In this document: positions 61,301 through 64,000 of the stretch, piece by piece
How the letters are laid out: each line of letters begins with the position of its first letter
Numbering within the stretch: position 1 is the stretch's first letter
From: Phyllobates terribilis
Taxonomy: Eukaryota
Direction: 5' to 3'
Assembly: GCF_046119375.1 (NCBI RefSeq)
Contig: NW_027362769.1
Coordinates: 370,140,001-370,204,000, forward strand
DNA length: 64,000 nt
Made by a program: the position numbers and the translations under genes
The notes under the pieces: generated by a model
The model's database searches: none
The model's input: the letters and a program-made list of their open reading frames with translations, nothing else
Told to the model about the DNA's origin: nothing

Positions 61301-62804
61301 TCCAGCCTCAGAAATCGCAGGTTAACAGCAGCTCAGATTAGAGACCAGGTCAATGCCACACAGAGTTCTAGCAGCAGACACATCTCTTCAACAACTGTTA
61401 AGAGGAGACTTTGTGCAGCAGGCCTTCATGGTAACATAGCTGCTAGGAAACCACTGCTAAGGACAGGCAACAAGCAGAAGAGACTTGTTTGGGCTAAAGA
61501 ACACAAGGAATGGACATTAGACCAGTGGAAATCTGTGCTTTGGTCTGATGAGTCCAAATTTGAGATCTTTGGTTCCAACCACCGTGTCTTTGTGCGACAC
61601 AGAAAAGGTGAACGGATGGACTCTACATGCCTGGTTCCCACCGTGAAGCATGGAGGAGGAGGTGTGATGGTGTGGGGGTGCTTTGCTGGTGACACTGTTG
61701 GGGATTTATTCAAAATTGAAGGCATACTGAACCAGCATGGCTACCACAGCATCTTGCAGCGGCATGCTATTCCATCCGGTTTGCGTTTAGTTGGTCCATC
61801 ATTTATTTTTCAACAGGACAATGACCCCAAACACACCTCCAGGCTGTGTAAGGGCTATTTGACCAAGAAGGAGAGTGATGGGGTGCTACGCCAGATGACC
61901 TGGCCTCCACAGTCACCAGACCTGAACCCCATCGAGATGGTTTGGGGTGAGCTGGACCGCAGAGTGAAGGCAAAAGGGCCAACAAGTGCTAAGCATCTCT
62001 GGGAACTCCTTCAAGATTGTTGGAAGACCATTTCTGGTGACTACCTCTTGAAGCTCATCAAGAGAATGCCAAGAGTGTGCAAAGCAGTCATCAAAGCAAA
62101 AGGTGGCTACTTTGAAGAACCTAGAATATAAGACATATTTTCAGTTGTTTCACACTTTTTTGTTAAGTATATAATTCCACATGTGTTAATTCATAGATTT
62201 GATGCCTTCAGTGTGAATGTACAATTTTCATAGTCATGAAAATACAGAAAAATCTTTAAATGAGAAGGTGCAACCAAACTTTTGGTCTGTACTGTATATA
62301 CACATTATATATATATTAAATGTAAGATAATATAAAAATTGAAATCCCCCCTCTCTCAATTATAAAATTAAGAAATTAAAAACAAACATATTTGGTATTA
62401 TTGTGCCTGTAAAAGTCCATTTTACAGTCGCTCACCCCCTCCAAAAAAAAAGCTGTAAAAAAAAAACAAGTCCTCATATGGCTATTTCCACTGAAAAATG
62501 AAGTATCAAAACTCCATCTTGCCTTACAACAGTATTAAGAAGAACTGCATTGAAGCTGCGGGAGCGGAGGGCCTGGCGTCCAGTCTGAAGGAGAACCAGG
62601 TACTCCAGGAGCTGTGGTGAGTGATCTGCTCTGTCGTGTTCCTGACCAATCAGGCCACCGCACGGCGTCATAAAGAGGAAGTTCTCGTGATTTCACATCC
62701 TTCGGGTGGGTTTCTTGCAGGTTATCAAGCAACAGCCTGGGAGACCAGGGAGCCGCGGCCTTGGCTGAAGCTCTCACTGCAAACTCAAGTTTAATCACCC
62801 TGGA
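52371..62804 (+). CDS. NLRC3: NLRC3, partial: start exon, CARD-like exon, NACHT exon and 6 LRR exons; continues beyond the window
   Basis: LMVEGL.D.Q..EHD, PLSRVSLPPRITLTVGVAGAGKSTLVR (Walker A), LLILDGLDEL (Walker B), WPKLGFLNHYK; 84-nt phase-2 LRR exons; syntenic with SLX4/TRAP1. Confidence 0.92.
52460..53570. repeat. Minisatellite, 60-62-bp unit, ~18 copies, NLRC3 intron
   Basis: CTGTGGCTCTGTACACCTCCTGGTAGTAAAGTTATTTAGTAGAGTTTGTCTTCTAACCCA. Confidence 0.95.
53856..54113 (+). CDS. NLRC3: NLRC3 N-terminal death-fold/CARD-like exon
   Basis: LWILRYRRQLVSS...EVKRLQELPLPKRAETLMDTVGGKG; the end resembles human NLRC3 ALMDLLAGKG; phase 1 to 1. Confidence 0.8.
54160..55705 (+). mobile_element. Old, degraded DD38E-lineage Tc1 filling most of an NLRC3 intron
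   Basis: AAAAGTTTGGACACAC / GTGTGTCCAAACTTTT ends; ATGGCAAGAA at 54517; decayed KHGGGGVMV, QEDNVPK, LCKIYMTKK, SPDLNQIEMVW. Confidence 0.8.
55736..57413 (+). CDS. NLRC3: NLRC3 NACHT exon
   Basis: ORF 55744-57417 frame; TTTTATAG acceptor; CG|GTAATT donor. Confidence 0.95.
57504..57590 (+). CDS. NLRC3: NLRC3 LRR exon
   Basis: MENNNFKDDVMELLATILRAKDCTIQKI. Confidence 0.92.
57722..57805 (+). CDS. NLRC3: NLRC3 LRR exon
   Basis: LAENQLGNRGIKVLGKALMVNRTLSSL. Confidence 0.92.
57880..58272. repeat. G-rich minisatellite, ~30-33-bp unit
   Basis: GGGGGTCTGTGGGCCACGACACTTGCC repeats. Confidence 0.88.
58379..58462 (+). CDS. NLRC3: NLRC3 LRR exon
   Basis: LHSNIIGPNGARALAEYLRNNQVLSSL. Confidence 0.92.
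58900..59610. repeat. Degenerate AT-rich tandem repeat (~24/48-bp period)
   Basis: Recurring CAGTGACCAAATAATACCACC / ATAGTGCTCATATAATACC. Confidence 0.8.
59922..60005 (+). CDS. NLRC3: NLRC3 LRR exon
   Basis: LQNNRIKSEGAEHLAQSLRKNRKLRAL. Confidence 0.92.
60668..62294 (+). mobile_element. Tc1/mariner DD38E (Intruder-type) transposon, apparently intact
   Basis: TA|CAGTACAGACC...GGTCTGTACTG|TA; ~270-bp TIRs (60668-60936; 62023-62294); uninterrupted ORF. Confidence 0.95.
61079..62131 (+). CDS. DD38E transposase, 350 aa, intact ORF
   Basis: HTH region, GRPR, WSDESK, KHGGGGVMVWG, QDND followed by 38 residues then E (DLNPIE). Confidence 0.93.
   Translation: MARKKQLTKEKRVAIITLRNEGQSVRKIGKTLKVSPSAVAKTIKRYKETGSHEDGPRKGRPRVTSASEDKFIQVSSLRNRRLTAAQIRDQVNATQSSSSRHISSTTVKRRLCAAGLHGNIAARKPLLRTGNKQKRLVWAKEHKEWTLDQWKSVLWSDESKFEIFGSNHRVFVRHRKGERMDSTCLVPTVKHGGGGVMVWGCFAGDTVGDLFKIEGILNQHGYHSILQRHAIPSGLRLVGPSFIFQQDNDPKHTSRLCKGYLTKKESDGVLRQMTWPPQSPDLNPIEMVWGELDRRVKAKGPTSAKHLWELLQDCWKTISGDYLLKLIKRMPRVCKAVIKAKGGYFEEPRI
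62533..62616 (+). CDS. NLRC3: NLRC3 LRR exon
   Basis: IKKNCIEAAGAEGLASSLKENQVLQEL. Confidence 0.9.
62721..62804 (+). CDS. NLRC3: NLRC3 LRR exon
   Basis: LSSNSLGDQGAAALAEALTANSSLITL. Confidence 0.92.
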
Positions 62805-63489
62805 GTAAGTCGTCTCTTACATCTATGAATGGGGGGTCGGAGGGATGGAGAACAGGTCAGGACAATGTGGGACCCACTGATTGCCTTGTTCCCCGTTTTT
62901 ACCTGGTTCTCCCCCCTGGCGGTAAGACTGAGGCCAGAAAAAGTTAAACGGACCGGCAGGTTGCACATTCGCCCGGACGTTTCACCAAATCTGCACTTGG
63001 CTCTATTCGTATTATCAGCGCCCTAGATTTAGTTAACACCAGGAGAGACTGGAACACCCCTTTAAGTAAACAGTTGCCATACAAAATCTAGGACCTCATG
63101 CAGCCCTATTACGGCTCCATGTTATATGGATGGTGGCCATAGACAGCTGTGGGCCCGTACCGTACCTGATTTTTTACAGACACATCGGATTGTTTCTCAC
63201 AGTTGCATATTATGCGGGATGACTAATCTCTGTAATAATATATCAGTATTTATTTCCTCTTTGTGTCAGTGCAGTTCCTTATCCTTCAGCTGAAGTGCAC
63301 ATCCTACCTGTGAAAATCAGGAAAGAGGGACATATAGTGTGGGCAACAGCACTTTCTATTTTACACTATTTCCCTTACCTCGCCTAATCCTTTATATGTA
63401 CCCACACAGAAATATTGCTCCCTGAAGCCCATTAGTATTCCCACACAGAACAGTACAGTACCCCTTTCATGGCCGCCACAGCCTATGTA

Positions 63490-64000
63490 CGCACACACAC
63501 AAAGATGTCCCCACCGCACATTCCCCCACACACAGTATGATGCCCCCACAATACATTCCCCCACACACAGTATGATGCCCCCACAATACATTCTCCCATA
63601 CACAGTATGATGCCCCCACAATACATTCCCACACACACAGTATGATGCCCCCACAATACATTCTCCCATACACAGTATGATGCCCCCACAATACATTCCC
63701 CCACACACAGTATGATGCCCCCACAATACATTCCCCCACACACAGTATGATGCCCCCACAATACATTCCCCCACACACAGTATGATGCCCCCACAATACA
63801 TTCTCCCATACACAGTATGATGGCCCCACAATACATTCCCCCCACACACAGTATGATGGCCATACAATACATTCCCACACACACAGTATGATGGCCCCAC
63901 AATACATTCCCCCACACACAGTATGATGCCCCCACAGTACATTCCCACACACACAGTATGATGCCCCCACACTACATTCCCACACACACAGTATGATGCC
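63490..64000. repeat. Minisatellite, 35-bp unit, runs off the window end
   Basis: CACACACAGTATGATGCCCCCACAATACATTCCCC; period 63541 to 63576. Confidence 0.93.

Noticed and set aside
11275-62804. Minor-class (U12) or non-canonical introns
   Set aside because: All called introns are GT-AG and none has a GTATCC/ATATCC donor.
63361-63987. Cys/Gly-rich ORFs of 155-208 aa (keratin-associated-like)
   Set aside because: Translations of the 35-bp minisatellite, open in all three frames.

Overview
Vertebrate genomic DNA, most likely an anuran amphibian (inferred from the transposon content and protein similarity). Three protein-coding genes lie in tandem on the + strand. TRAP1 (mitochondrial HSP90; 18 exons, 11275-21848, 710 aa) and SLX4 (FANCP nuclease scaffold; 14 coding exons, 31833-47076, ~1835 aa) are complete. 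NLRC3 is partial: CARD-like exon, NACHT exon and six LRR exons from ~52371, running off the right end. This matches the human TRAP1-SLX4-NLRC3 order, except that no DNASE1 is visible between TRAP1 and SLX4. The non-coding space is dense in repeats: four Tc1-superfamily DD38E ('Intruder'-type) copies (one with an intact 350-aa transposase), a DD34E Tc1, an older Tc1 relic, a CR1 fragment, TTAA- and TA-flanked MITEs, and about ten minisatellites. The most striking element is a 3.4-kb non-autonomous Helitron ending ~120 bp upstream of the SLX4 promoter motifs. It is built of nested palindromes carrying ~50 CCAAT boxes and 9 exact GGCGC-N4-TTTAAA (E2F/CDE-CHR geometry) modules. All exon boundaries and counts were read by hand, and no database searches were run.
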